64,000 nt of DNA from positions 14,260,001-14,324,000 of the forward strand of contig NC_135763.1 in assembly GCF_052425735.1 (NCBI RefSeq). Reading direction: 5' to 3'. The position numbers and the translations under genes are program-made. The notes under the pieces were generated by a model. The model had not been told where the DNA came from, made no database searches, and was given only the letters and a program-made list of their open reading frames with translations. Positions 12,380 through 24,516 of this stretch are shown in pieces (positions within the stretch are counted from its first letter, which is position 1; each line of letters begins with the position of its first letter). This DNA is from Oculina patagonica. Lineage: Eukaryota.

Positions 12380-12800
12380 TAATGTGGACCTTTTCAACAT
12401 TTCTAGCAATAAATAAACAAATAAATAAGTAAACCAAAACATAAATGAATAAATAGAACGTACAATAATATTTACAGAAAAAAAAGATAAAAATATATAC
12501 AAGTTAAAAACGAATTATTTGATTATACGCAAGTTAAGATATTTGCCCTGGCAAAATAAATGATTTCCATTTTCCCTATTTTTTCCTTATCATGTTTTTA
12601 GTGGTCCTAGTTTGTAAACTAATACTCTTTTACTTAGCTGCTTCGCAATCAGCTGCAAAATATTTTATAAGCACAATACTAATTTGACACTCTTTGTTAC
12701 TGTTGTCAAATTTAGAATGCTTAGCGGGTATCATTGGGATTAAAAACAAAGATACAGAACCACTATTTTGATAAAAAGCATACAAATATTTGAAGTATAT
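12380..12800 (-). repeat. AT-rich dispersed repeat with an unidentified ORF remnant (second copy at about 18076-18500)
   Basis: Both copies begin AATGTGGACCTTT and encode QNSGSV.LFLIP..PAK...FDNSNKEC.I.IVLI.YFAADCEA. Confidence 0.7.
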
Positions 12801-12939
12801 TAGGGCTGGGTCGCACCAGCATAAAAAGCTGTTTATTCTACCAAAAAATCTGTCATCATGTAGGTTTTGCTGGTCTGTCTCATTTGTCAACCAATTAAAA
12901 AAAAAAAGCGGAATGTACCAAATGTTCAAAGATACCGCC

Positions 12940-13340
12940 ACTTAAAATTGCCAAGCCCTGGACTTCGCCAAAAATGTCACAAAACGTTAGAAAAGCTATT
13001 TAATGTAAATGGCGCTTCCATAACATCTTGGGCTGCTTTGATCATGGTACTTTTCTCTACACCGAAGTTAGCGCCTATGGCTAAATATGAGTTTCCATGT
13101 GCGAAACAGTAAAGTCCAAGAGCAAGTACCTTCTCTGGGGGAATACAATTGTGCAAAGCGGTGTTTTGTTTCAAAAGAAATGGATGTAGCAGATTGAGAA
13201 GTGCATCAAAGGTATCTCTTGTCCTTCCAAGTACTGGGTAGGAATTGCCCGATTCCTAAAGTGTATTTCAAACCATGATCCATTTGGTCGCTGCAAATGC
13301 CACCAATTCGGATTGTGTAGTCTTCAAGTCTTTGCTGTCT
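12940..13340 (-). pseudogene. PIF/Harbinger transposase N-terminal remnant
   Basis: KQNTALHNCIPPEKVLALGLYCFAHGNSYLAIGANFGVEKSTMIKAAQDVMEA (Harbinger HTH region). Confidence 0.85.
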
Positions 13341-13559
13341 ACGTTGCCTCATTTGGTGCTCATAATTCAACAATGCCAGCCGAATGTTCAGGTTGTGCAG
13401 ATACATTGCATATTTAATATGCTAGCCATTCTTGCCTAGATGCAGGTTAAAAAGGCTAAAATCCCAAGGAAAGCGAAAGCTTTGTGTTGCAGTTCCATGT
13501 TTTTGTTCACGTGATAGCGTGACTCGATTTTAGCTTGAGCGCGAATTAAATATTGTCCT

Positions 13560-15260
13560 GTTGACAAGGGGACTGTTTGCTTACAATAAAACTCGAAAAT
13601 GGTTGCCACATCAGTTTCCCAATATTTAGCAGTAAGATTAACTGTAACTACAAACATGCCTCTACGTGTATAGGTAACAAAATCACAGGTTTTGAAACCT
13701 GAAACAGCCATGCAAGTCTGAACTTGAAAATAATGTATGTGATTTTCATCAAAAAAAAAAAAATACTTCCCTTCCTTATCTTTTTTTCCACTAATGCTGG
13801 GTAGCAGGAATGCAATTTTTTGGTCATTGCCTTTCCATGTAAATGGGCATTTAAACTCTACCACTAAAGGTTCACAACACTGACATTTTCTTACGCCATC
13901 TAAACTAGCTCCTATCCAGGAATATTGTCTACTTATGAGGAGGCCTGGCTCTCCAAGCTCAAATAAAGAGTGTTGTTTTCACTTACTTTTGAGTAGTAAA
14001 ATTTAGCATTGTTCTCTTCTTTTATCCCATATTGTATGGCTTCAGCATACACCTTGTTTTCTTCAAATTCTGTTTGGTCATGCAGTGGAATTTTTTACAG
14101 CGATAAATACATCAGTGAGAGGATTCTTTCTAAAGTTTTTTTGCCTTGTATACAGTGATTTAATTTTTTTACCGGTAAGTAGAAGGTGTCTCATCTCGTG
14201 CCAGGTTTTGTTCTTGTGTTGTCCCATAGTAGCCTGATTGATTTCCATTATGTCATTGACTGAAAATGTCAAGGCTTTCAGAAATTCTTCAGCACAATTA
14301 AACGGATTGTTTTCTGAAAGCTTATCAATATTTGCCCTGACATAGTCTTTAGCTTGGGATGATACATACAGATGTGAAATATTGTGTTCAGACTATGTTT
14401 TCAATATCATCAAAGTCATTTGAAGATGGTACAAAATGAAGAATACCAGAGCAGGGATCTATTTTTCTGAGTTTGTTTGCAAAGTCAATTTTTTCTTTCA
14501 TAGTTGTTCCCTCTCTATGTTTCATGGGCCTGGCATCAAATGAATCAACCCATGATTCATCACAGGGGGTCACTTTTCTTTTCTTCTTCTTTACAGTGCT
14601 GTGGAAATTTTTCATTTCTGGGACTGGTTTGTGGGTAGGTGCTGGTTTAGGGTTCAAATTAGCAGACATATCTAATTCAAACAAAGTTGCAACTTAATGT
14701 CTGCATCCTTCATCTGCTCCACCCTTTGCTCCTGCAGAATACAGAGTTCACTTACCTATTTGAATCAAGGACAAACCAGAGCCTGTAAAGCTTTCCGCCT
14801 TCTTTGGGTTTTTTCCTTCTGTGTGGGTATGACCCCAGCTAGACACAAAAAACCTACTGTCATCAAGGTCTTGTACAGATTTAAATCTAAGGCTCCTAAT
14901 ATGGCCATTTAAGCACAGATTATACTCATTAAATGAGCGCCAGGATGACAGCATGCCTTTGTCATAATCTGTTTTACTCATAATTAAATGTTTAAAAATG
15001 CCCAATAGTCCAAATGGAGGTAGTTGTGAAAAATCATTGGACAACGATGTCATTTGAAAAGGATCAGGGATGTTTTGTCGAGCTGGTAAAGTAAGGCGTC
15101 TTAGTAAACATGTATCAATGGAATCATTTTCAAAGTCAGGGTAAGTTGGAAGGTTCATACTAGCAACAGTTTTGGCTAACTGAATAAATTCAGATTTTCG
15201 GTAAGTGATGACTTGAACACCCATAGCAAAAATATGTCTTTTAGTTTCTTTCACATCCTT
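13560..15260 (-). pseudogene. SWIM plus YqaJ (lambda-exonuclease-like) protein remnant, ISL2EU-type accessory ORF
   Basis: SWIM-like CRSKGGADEGCRH, then GQHKNKTWHEMRHLLLTG, AIQYG, GLLIS..YSWIGASLDG, VEFKCPF and HYFQVQTCMAVSGFKTCDFVTYT. Frameshifted. Confidence 0.85.
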
Positions 15261-15269
15261 GTTGTCAAA

Positions 15270-15720
15270 TTCATGATCAGCTGTAGTAGTGGCCTGTTTT
15301 GAAGATGGTTGCCTCATTGCTGTAGGTTTATTTGTAGATGTGAGAGAACTGGTCAAAAGAAGATGCAGATGGTTGCTTAGCAGAAATTAGAGTTGTAGCT
15401 GGGGCTGGTTTTTAACAAGAGATGGTTGCTTGGCGACAGCAACTCAAGTAGCAGGAGCCGGCTGTTTTACAGAAGATGAGGCTGGTAGTCGCTTGGCAGC
15501 AGTCGGTTTAGCAGCTGGGCTGGTTGTTTGTCAGAAGATGGTTGCTTAGTACATGTACCTCCAACTGGTTGATTATCAGGAGATGGCTGCTTGGTAGTTC
15601 TGATTGGTTGTTTAACAGATTGTTGCTTGGCAGGTAAAGGTTCAGTAGCTGTGGCTAGCTGTTTATCAGATGTTTGCTTAGCAGTAATAACTTTTCCTGA
15701 TTGAGATGGCTTTTTAACCT
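15270..15720 (-). repeat. Degenerate coding-type tandem repeat (GATGGTTGCTTGGC-like; KQPSS motifs)
   Basis: Repeated AGATGG(T/C)TGCTT motif, giving a low-complexity Ser/Thr/Pro/Gln translation on the minus strand. Confidence 0.55.
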
Positions 15721-15779
15721 TTGTTTCAATATATAAGGATGATGCTTTTGTATTGGTAGAAGATGGAAAGGTGGCTTGA

Positions 15780-15930
15780 CATCGTTGATTTCGTTATTGG
15801 TCATGCACAAGGGCCAACAGACTTTCAATATTTCCCTGAGGCATTTGTTAAGAAAGCTGTCAAGCTTTTTTTTTATCCGCCTTGTCATTCTTCATGTCTT
15901 GCATCCATACAACAGGGCAGCTATGAAATT
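15780..15930 (-). pseudogene. RTE-clade LINE ORF C-terminal fragment
   Basis: ALLYGCKT*RMTRRIKKKLDSFLNKCLREILKVCWP...TNNE. Confidence 0.75.
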
Positions 15931-17499
15931 TGACTTGTCATGGTCTGTCAATGAAAATTGCAATTTGATGGCAAAAATAAGTATTCACCAAACATTCCAC
16001 TTGTACTTGCGTGCCTTTCGTCTGTGGATATTTGCAACATGGAGTCTGAGCCTGTGATTCTTTCAATTGCTACGCTTCTCGTTTTAATAATCAATCTCAC
16101 AGGACACTTGCCGTTTTTTACACTTGTAACAGGAAAAAAAAATCAACAATTACCCCCCTGCTCCATTGCAATGTTGTGTACCTTGAACAAACAATACCTT
16201 CCGTTGCCGTCTATTTTGCAACAGCGGCTTAGGGGGAAGGGGGTTTTTCATTTCTGGGAATTCCCAACAGAATGGCAGGTTATAATGGTTGAAATTAGTG
16301 TCCCAAAGAATTATGGCACGGATGGTAGATAAATCGTGTTGCAGATGTATTTTCTTCATAAGAGAAGACAGCAGGAGTGGATGACTGCTCTCCTTGTTTT
16401 AATGTCTTGTTATATATCATGTTTCGTGCTGGGTTATCCTGTACTAAACATAACTTGTCTTATACCCACTCACAGTGCGTTCCTTGGAATTCCTTGTAAC
16501 AAAGCATCTTTGGCAATTTGCTTTAATAGTTTCGTCTTTCCCCAATTCTTTCATTGCTGTTTTGACCATTTTCTCCTTCTCTTCCTTCTACCTTTGCTGG
16601 ATCAACAACTCAACTCTTCTTCCTTCTCTATGGATAAAAAGCAAAAAAGCCTCGTCTGAAATATGAAGCTATCTACGTACTCTTTACTGTCTATAAAAGG
16701 GGGTGCATTTGAGAAACAACTTCAGGGAAGTGTTGACGTCCAACGTTAGCAACAATCTTGGCTTTTCAATGGTGTTTTTTAACGATGAGAAATGCATGGT
16801 AATGAGATGATGTTTATAAAGGCATGCAACTGACTCTCCTGGTCAACCCTCAACATATAATCGATAAAATTGTTTTTCTGATTCGAAAAGCCTAGTGTTG
16901 AATCTCCCCATTTCAAGGATTCCATAAAGTCTACATGAGTCAAAATAATATGCAGAGGGTGTGGCAAACCGTCTGTGAAAGCTGCTCAAACAGTTCCAGT
17001 CCCAAGGACTGCCATTTTCTTCAAAACATGTGAAAACCAGCCAATCCATCATCTCCATTGGGAAAGAAAATTGGTCTTCATTTTCCTTGACAGTGTTTGA
17101 TCACACAACGTTCAGACATCAGCAGTTAGTCTGGATAGAAGTTTACTACCTGTAAAAACTCTGGTCCCCTGACTCTTGAATTGCCACCTAGATCAAACCT
17201 GCGAACCCTGCGAACAGTGAATAACAGCAGCTAGCAAGGTCAATCCTTGTGTGGCAGGTGGGTGTGTATGCTGGAATAAGTTAGAAGGCATATGCCTCTG
17301 ACCCTATGTCCACACCGATTTCTCTTTATCCAAGTGTCGCTGCCAAACAGTGTATTTTTAAAACTCTTGTTTCTTTAAAATGTATCAGAAGCGCATCACC
17401 ATCAACCCCATTAAAAAACTCCCATGCTTCCTTTTTTAAGGTCGTCTGACTTATTCACTCAAAGCCATCCACTGTGGTTAGCCACAGTGGACGGTTTGA

Positions 17500-17930
17500 T
17501 TTCGAAAAGAAAAATGTAGGATTGTTTCATGGAAAATGTAAAAATCGCCATCTGGAGGAAGTGCTTCCAGATTTTTGAGTTGGAGCAGTTTGAGGACCAC
17601 GAGACATGCTCTTCTAAGTTTGTAGTAATTGCTGTTGTTGAAGTAGGCGATGTGTTCTCCACTACATAGGTTTTCTTCCTTATGGGGCCACCTTTTCTCC
17701 TACCTGTCGCTTTTTCTTCAGTTTATTTTCCTAAACTTTTTGGCATGTCTAGTAAGGCAAGTGATGTGGCATCTGCCTTGGCCCCTATGGCAACTTTGCT
17801 TAAAAACGTGTGAGTCTCCTCGGATACTTCAGCTGCTGCCAAAGTGTGGTGACAGAATTTGTAAGTGGCCCAATTCACACAAGAGGTGTCACAGACAAAC
17901 TTCCAAATTCCCCTGTGAATCACTTAACGG
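17500..17930 (-). pseudogene. MuDR-like transposase C-terminus with SWIM zinc finger
   Basis: VCDTSCVNWATYKFCHHTLAAAE (SWIM CxxxC..CxH), followed by LALLDMPKSLGK. Confidence 0.6.
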
Positions 17931-18075
17931 GGATTATTAGTCCATGACTTGCTGGCTACATAGTAAACACTCATTGAATACGTGAATTTCGCTCGCTGCG
18001 CTGGTGACGATTTGCAGACTCTTAAAATATTCCTTCAGTTTTTGGAAAGGGATATGAACAACAACAACTTAATTT

Positions 18076-18500
18076 AATGTGGACCTTTATTAAAACATTT
18101 CTAGCGATAAATGAGCAAATAAATAAATAAGTAAACCAAAACAAATGAATAAGTAGAACGTACGATAATATTTACAAAAAATAGTTAAAAATAAATACAA
18201 GTTGAAAACTAATTATTACATAAGAAGATATTTGCCCTGGCGAAAAAAATGATTGTCGTTTTCCCTAAATTTTTTTCTTACCATAATCATGTTTTTTAGT
18301 GCGTTTATTTTGTAAACTTTATATATACTCTTTTTCTTATCTGCTTCGCAATCAGCTGCAAAATATTCTATAAGCACAATATCAATATGGCACTCTTTGT
18401 TACTGTTGTCAAAATTATAATATTTAGCAGGTGTTATTGGGATTAAAAACAAGCATACGGAACCACTATTTTGAAAAAACATTCAAATTTTTGAGGTGTA
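18076..18500 (-). repeat. Second copy of the AT-rich repeat at 12380-12800
   Basis: Direct nucleotide and translated homology. Confidence 0.7.
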
Positions 18501-19069
18501 TTAAAAATTAGAACAAACTTTGATGTGCATTGAGCAGATAGAAAAACAAAGTAAGAAATAATTATTATTTGACTGAATCGTTATCAATACAACATGTATG
18601 GCATTCAATTAAAAGTTTTTGTTTGTTGAAGTCAACGTTGTTTAATTTGTACATTCATTTTCCTTTTGCTTATATTTGCCGTTGCATAACGATTTTTTCA
18701 CTCCTGCTCCAAAGTTTCCTCTGCTTGTAGGGGGCAATGTTTCAATACGCAACCTGTTAAAGCGTGTCACCCTCGCTCCCTCCATTTATTGAGCACAGCC
18801 ACCAGCAGCAAGGCCAAATCTAATAGTTTACCACATCAAAATCAATTTTTCTGCGTTTCAGACTACAATTAATCCACATGACTCGATAAACAACCTAAAA
18901 ACAGCCATAAAAACAATCCTTGAAATCATCTGTGAGGCTAAGTGAAGAAAGTAGTTGACTATTCCCAGAGAGTAATTTGTTGTACTGCAAAATTAGTGAT
19001 GTTTCAATGTTATCTTCTTAGACTTGGTTTTGTCGATTGTTAAATTCTGGAGAAGTGAAAAAACTTTCA

Positions 19070-19620
19070 GATGCCAACGGGCCTAGAGTACAGTTAAATC
19101 TTTTAACTAAACCCTCAGTCTGTGGGTGATAACTGGACGTGTTTACATTGTGAATTTGAAAAAAAAACTTGCAAACTTCAGCTAGTAGTTTTGATATAAG
19201 GTTCTTTCCTCTATAAGAAAGCAGCACTTTTGGAGCACCATGCCTAGCAATGATTTCGTCAACAAACAGGCGAGCAATAACAGTAGCTTCAGCATCGGGA
19301 ACTGCAAATGATTCGCACCAAATGGAAGGTAATGGCTAAAAACAACAATGCACCTATTACCCTTCCTTTACGGTGGAAATGGGCCTGAAATATCAACAGC
19401 TACCCTTTCGAATGCATTGCTGACAGAAATACGAAATAATGGTGGTCTCTTATAGAGATCCTTCGTGGTCTCCTTATTGAGCAATCCTGACAAGACTCAC
19501 AGCAGTGCTCAACGTCTTTAAAGATGCCTTTCCACAAGTACCTTCGCTTAGCCTTCTGAAAAGTTTTGTGAACTCCGAAATGATCACCAGAAACATGATC
19601 ATGGACCTAAGATAAGACTT
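19070..19620 (-). pseudogene. Gypsy integrase remnant (HHCC plus rve core)
   Basis: HDHVSGDHFGVHKTFQK...YLWKGIFKDVEHC, RLFVDEIIARHGAPKVLLS.RGKN, SSYHPQTEGLVKRFN. Confidence 0.85.
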
Positions 19621-20234
19621 TTAATTTTAAAGCCTGAGGAATCACTCTTTCTGTCGCAAGGATAATGACAAATTTCTAGAGGATGCACGAGAAGATTTGT
19701 GGCTTGTGTTGGAGATTTTGCTTGTTTTGGTCGACCGTGATGTAGTTGAGCCTTTCAATTTATGTTTTTGTTCAATGGATTTAATTCGTTCGCTCGCCAT
19801 TTTACGAGTTTCGTTATTTTAGCAAGAAATAACTTCCAATTCTTCGTACATGAGTTTTCTTTCTTCTTTGCCTTCGATTACAAAATCTTATGCTTCGTGT
19901 CACTCTAAGAACTGTGTCATTTTCTGTCTAGATGTAGATCAAGGAAATCTTATGAATGCAAGAGTACTACCTGATTTATGGGCACAAGTGATGTTTTGAA
20001 AGTTCTCAAAATTGCACAAGCCCTCTTATTCTCAGTTGTTAGAAGCTGCAAGCATACTGGTCTGCTAATCTGTTTTCAAATGTTTTTTTTTTATCTCACT
20101 CAGCCTTAGTGTATAACATTCAGATTTACAGACCTTGGTGAACTGCATTGTCCTTGAGTCATGTTAAGTACCCCATTTCTTCTTTACTAAACTGACTTTG
20201 TTTACCTTATAAAAATGATAGTATATGTTAACTG

Positions 20235-20510
20235 TCACAACTTTTGCAGGGAAGTAATCTTGAATGTCAAACCCTTTGTCCGCATGACATCACCAGGGTG
20301 TAAGTAACAGTCAATAGCATGAGACATTTTTTTTAACTCTCTGTCACTAATGCTTCCAGTGTACAGCTCACTTAAGAAAACCAGAGCTCTAATGGAGAAA
20401 AGACCTACAAGGCCTTTCATAGTTGCTGTGCCCAGTTCAACTCCCAGAACCCAGACATGTGAGCTGCTGCTGGGGTCCACTTGACTCCTCTCTTTTGCAA
20501 TTCTTGGCAA
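20235..20510 (-). pseudogene. ISL2EU/IS5-like (DDE_Tnp_4) transposase fragment
   Basis: TMKGLVG...FLSELYTGSISDREL...LHPGDVM..KG. Confidence 0.8.
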
Positions 20511-20519
20511 ATCTCTACG

Positions 20520-21850
20520 TGGTTTCAGCCATTGATGGCTTCGTTGAGTTCAGGTTCTGCGCCAGCAAAGTTAGTGACTCTATCTGATCTTATCGAAAGG
20601 CCATAATGCAATCGCACGATTAACAGGGTTGCCTCTTCTAGCACTTCTGTGATTAGTGTTCCTGTCTTTGGAAAGGCTTCCTGGGACCTCACCCAGTAGC
20701 AAAAAGGCGCTAGCCAAGTAGCGTAAAGCTGCAATTTTAACTAAGAACTGTAGCGCAATATCATCTTGTAAACAACCTGAATGAGCTCTAAGGTGAGGGC
20801 TTATAGTCCTGATTGAATGAGTATGTGCTTCACTTCGAACTTCAAGATCGTCATGTAAAAAAATTTGCCAACCTCGGGTTTGGGCCAGTTATTCTCCAAT
20901 TGCCACAGATACTCCGGTCCTTTCCAACAGCGATATTGATTTGATAACTTTTGAAACTTTAAATCGTGCAAAGCATCGTCAGCTTGGCTCAATTTCCTAC
21001 GACATTGCCTCCATTCAGCAATTCTGTTAGCTACGTAGGTGTTGAAATACTTTTTTATTCTAAATGTACTGTAACGAAGTCTGAGAATCGGTCCAGAATA
21101 CCACTCTGTTAATCATGTAGGTTAATGTAGCATTAAACTCGACAAATCTTGGCAGATAGCAATGCAGCTTGAGATTAAAATAGCTCTCACCTTTGATTAA
21201 GAAACAAGCACTAAACCATCTATATAAACGAACCGAAAAAAGGAGCACATACCCTAACCTTCTTTTGATACAGCTGAGAATTGGTGGACAGAGATTTCCT
21301 TTTCTTCTCTTTGAAGCTGGAGAGAGCATCTTGGTATTTGAACTTGCAGCAAAGCTGCAGTGGTAACTCAGACTTCAAACGTTCCCAGTGGGCCTGCTCA
21401 AATTCTGGGACAGGGTCGCCCCAACCCAACTGTTATTTCCACAGCTGCTGCATGGTCTTCTTTGCTTCTAGCACAGCTGGACAGACAAAACACACAGGAT
21501 CGTCAAGGGAACTGATAGTTGACAGGACACCTCGCTTGTTTGTCTGGCTTTACGAATTTAAACTGGACCACATCTGTCGCGATAGTCCACAGGACTCCCA
21601 GTGCTCTTTCGAACCTCAACTGATCCAGAATTACCCAGGTTGAGAGTTGGCTGTGCCCGTTTATCTGCAGGTGTGTTGGCTAACATTCCATGACAATTAC
21701 TTGTCCACAGCCCTCAGAAAACTGTTCCTCCCCGTCCTTAGTTCATATTTGTCACTCTCTTTCTTCTGAAGACTTAGTAGCTTCTGGTTATTGCATCGTC
21801 AGCACAGCACCAGGAAGTAATTTTTTTGTCATTTAAATCCCATTTCCTCC
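20520..21850 (-). pseudogene. Old BEL/Pao pol remnant (RT, RNase H, integrase pieces)
   Basis: WGDPVPEFEQAHWERL, VVFWTDSQTSLQYI, WKGPEYLWQLENNWP, IRSDRVTNFAGAEPELNEA. Confidence 0.85.
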
Positions 21851-22474
21851 AGGTAATTTCTTGTAACACTCAGGTGAAAAATGAATGTGGCAAATGAGAG
21901 AATGTGGCAACTGCTCTACAAAATTGGCTCTTTTCAACTGCAGAAGACTTAATTACTGTTGCCTCAAATATGTGTCGTTTGGTAACTTATGCATAGTATT
22001 CCCTGTCTCGTTCCAGTCACTACAAAACTGAGCAACACAACGCTTACAATTTTGAAGAATTAAAAAAATTCTGATTGAAACTACGCACACATATGCTTAC
22101 AAGACTGCATAGAGATTCCACCTGTGACTCACAGGCAAGATGGTCAACGTTTCGAATTTTAGGGAGCTTCCTCAATGTGAAAACAGTCTTAGATGAAAAA
22201 ATAAATACACATTCCACATAAGTGATACATGTATTTAATAACTGTGTTACACCAAAAAGTTGCATTTTGGGGTTTACATGCCCTTAAACGACTAACTGTT
22301 TCATAGCTACATTCTGCAGCATGTATGTAGAGATGCTCTGGTCTTTCTTAGTCCCCATAACTATCAGTAACTGACTCACTTTGTTGAAATACTTGTCTAT
22401 TGGATCATGGTGTAGAATGAATTTGATGTGACAGTGGTTCCAGGCAGTGCTTTTCAAGTAAGTGCCAGCTGTGT

Positions 22475-23010
22475 CTAGTTCTTTGTAGCTTCATGGTGGC
22501 TACTTTGAACTACTGCTTGGAAGTATGGAATCACTTCTGGAAAAGATACTGAAATCACAATGTCATTTGACGGATAAATCATCCAGTCTGTTACTGTTAT
22601 AGGCCGACTAGTTCTTGGTATGCCAGTCGTGAGATATGCTTGAATTGTTATTACAGCTGATGCAGCTTCATCATCATGAGAAACAGGCTGGCTTAGATCA
22701 CCCCTCGAAAGTAGATGATCATCAGCGATATTCAGAATTTTGATTTTAATTTCCTGAAAATTGGTTCGGCCATAAGATTCTTCATGGTAAATCCATTTCA
22801 CTTTGAAGGGTGTGCTGTCCTTGAGTGTTTCATTGTATCTTTGTTGAAAAGTGCAGATCCAACGATGAATTCGATCTGGTGGTGCAGGGATGAGGTGCAA
22901 TGTGAAGATGGCCTGTAAACTTCCAAGCTGATTGACTCAAACTTTAGAGCTTTCTTTTTTTCTGATTTCTCTTTATCACTAATGATATACTTTGCTTTGA
23001 TCTCCTCCAT
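22475..23010 (-). pseudogene. Unidentified coding remnant, possibly LINE ORF1 N-terminus
   Basis: 141-aa ORF with VITIQAYLTTG, reminiscent of CR1/L2 ORF1 N-termini. Weak. Confidence 0.3.
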
Positions 23011-23081
23011 TCTGAAGAATTAAACCCAAAGAAAGAGAGAGCAAAAGTGAAAAACGAAAGCAATTATGGACACATAAGGCA

Positions 23082-24516
23082 GAGTTTCCCTAATGGTCGC
23101 GGGTCGCGGGTCGCGGGTTTCAAGTCGCGTGTCGCGGGTTTTAAATAAGTCGCGGGTTTTGAAAAAGTCGCGGGTTTTGAAAAAAGTCGCGTGTTTTTAA
23201 AAAGTTGCGAGTTTTCAATAGAATGCATTTATTTCTCAGTAGAATTCATTCAAACAAATTTAAACCGGTTGCAAAGACGCCGGTTTTAAAATGATCGCGT
23301 TTTCTTAGGAACTACGTTACGAAGTAACGTTGCGAGTTAGACAATCAAATTGCGAACTTCGGATCAAACTTCCCAAACTTTGCCGACTGAACTTCTGAAC
23401 TTCCCAAGTTTGCAAGTTGAGGAGGAACGAGACACGTTACAAAGTGGTGGCAGAAATATTTCAGCGATTCTAACTGCTCGAGTTTCAAAATAGTTGTTTG
23501 AACAAGCACGGCGTCGGTATCAACGTTCTGACCCACAGTAAGTATAAGGATTACATATACCGTCCGTTGCATCACGTCCTGACATAAAAAAAACATGTTC
23601 AAATTGGGTATCAAACATTGCATGATTTGCAATCAAGCTTTTAAGTTTGAAAACAACGTTGCGCGCGAGCGATCATGAAGTTGAACCAAAGTATTCATGA
23701 TTGAACGCGTACGGTTCATAAATATATTTTACTAGTATTCTGTGGCAAAAACTCTTTAAAATATTTTTAACTGGCGCAGATTTTAAAAAACCCTTTTGTA
23801 GTTATGTTGACAGAAATGGTTTTGCTTCACTAAACCATCGGAAGAAAACACGTACCATAAAAATAGAATTGAGCCGTAAACGTGTCGCGACTTTTATAAA
23901 TTCAAATTTGTCTGACTCTTTCGCATTTGTATAAAATTAATTTTACGTGAAGATCGGTAAAGCCGTACAGTTTCATTCAGTTTACAAACGCAGAAGAGTT
24001 GACATTGAAGTTAAAGCCTCACAAAAATTTTAAAGATGTATTTGCTGTATATAAAAAGTTAAATTTGACCAAATTTCAGCCGACGTAAAATTTATTTATC
24101 GCAGATCGCTCATGCGAAACGACGTCAGACTCTTCAACTTCAACCAAATATTTTGTAACTCTAGCCACTGGAATCGCTGGAACGTTACCGCTGCTGCCAT
24201 GTTTTCTTCACCTGAATTTCCGACATGAACACGACTTTCGAGCAATATGTCTTGTTCCTCCTCAACTTGCAAACTTGGGAAGTTTAGCCGGACCAAAGTT
24301 GGGGAGTTTGTTCCGAAGTTCGTAATTTGATTGTTTAACCCGCAAAGTAATTGGCTTCTTTGTAACGTAGTTCCCCCCAAAAAAAAAAACACGCAATTTT
24401 TTAAAAACACGCGACTTTTTTCAAAACCCGCGACTTTTTCAAAACCCGCGACTTTAAAACCCGCGACACGCGACTTGAAACCCGCGACCCGCGACACGCG
24501 ACCATTAGGGAAACTC
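23082..24516. mobile_element. Non-autonomous MuDR/Mutator (foldback-like) element
   Basis: TIR GAGTTTCCCTAATGGTCGCG...CGCGACCATTAGGGAAACTC with internal GTCGCGG tandem repeats. Imperfect inverted homology for about 400 bp. Perfect 9-bp TSD CATAAGGCA. Confidence 0.9.
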
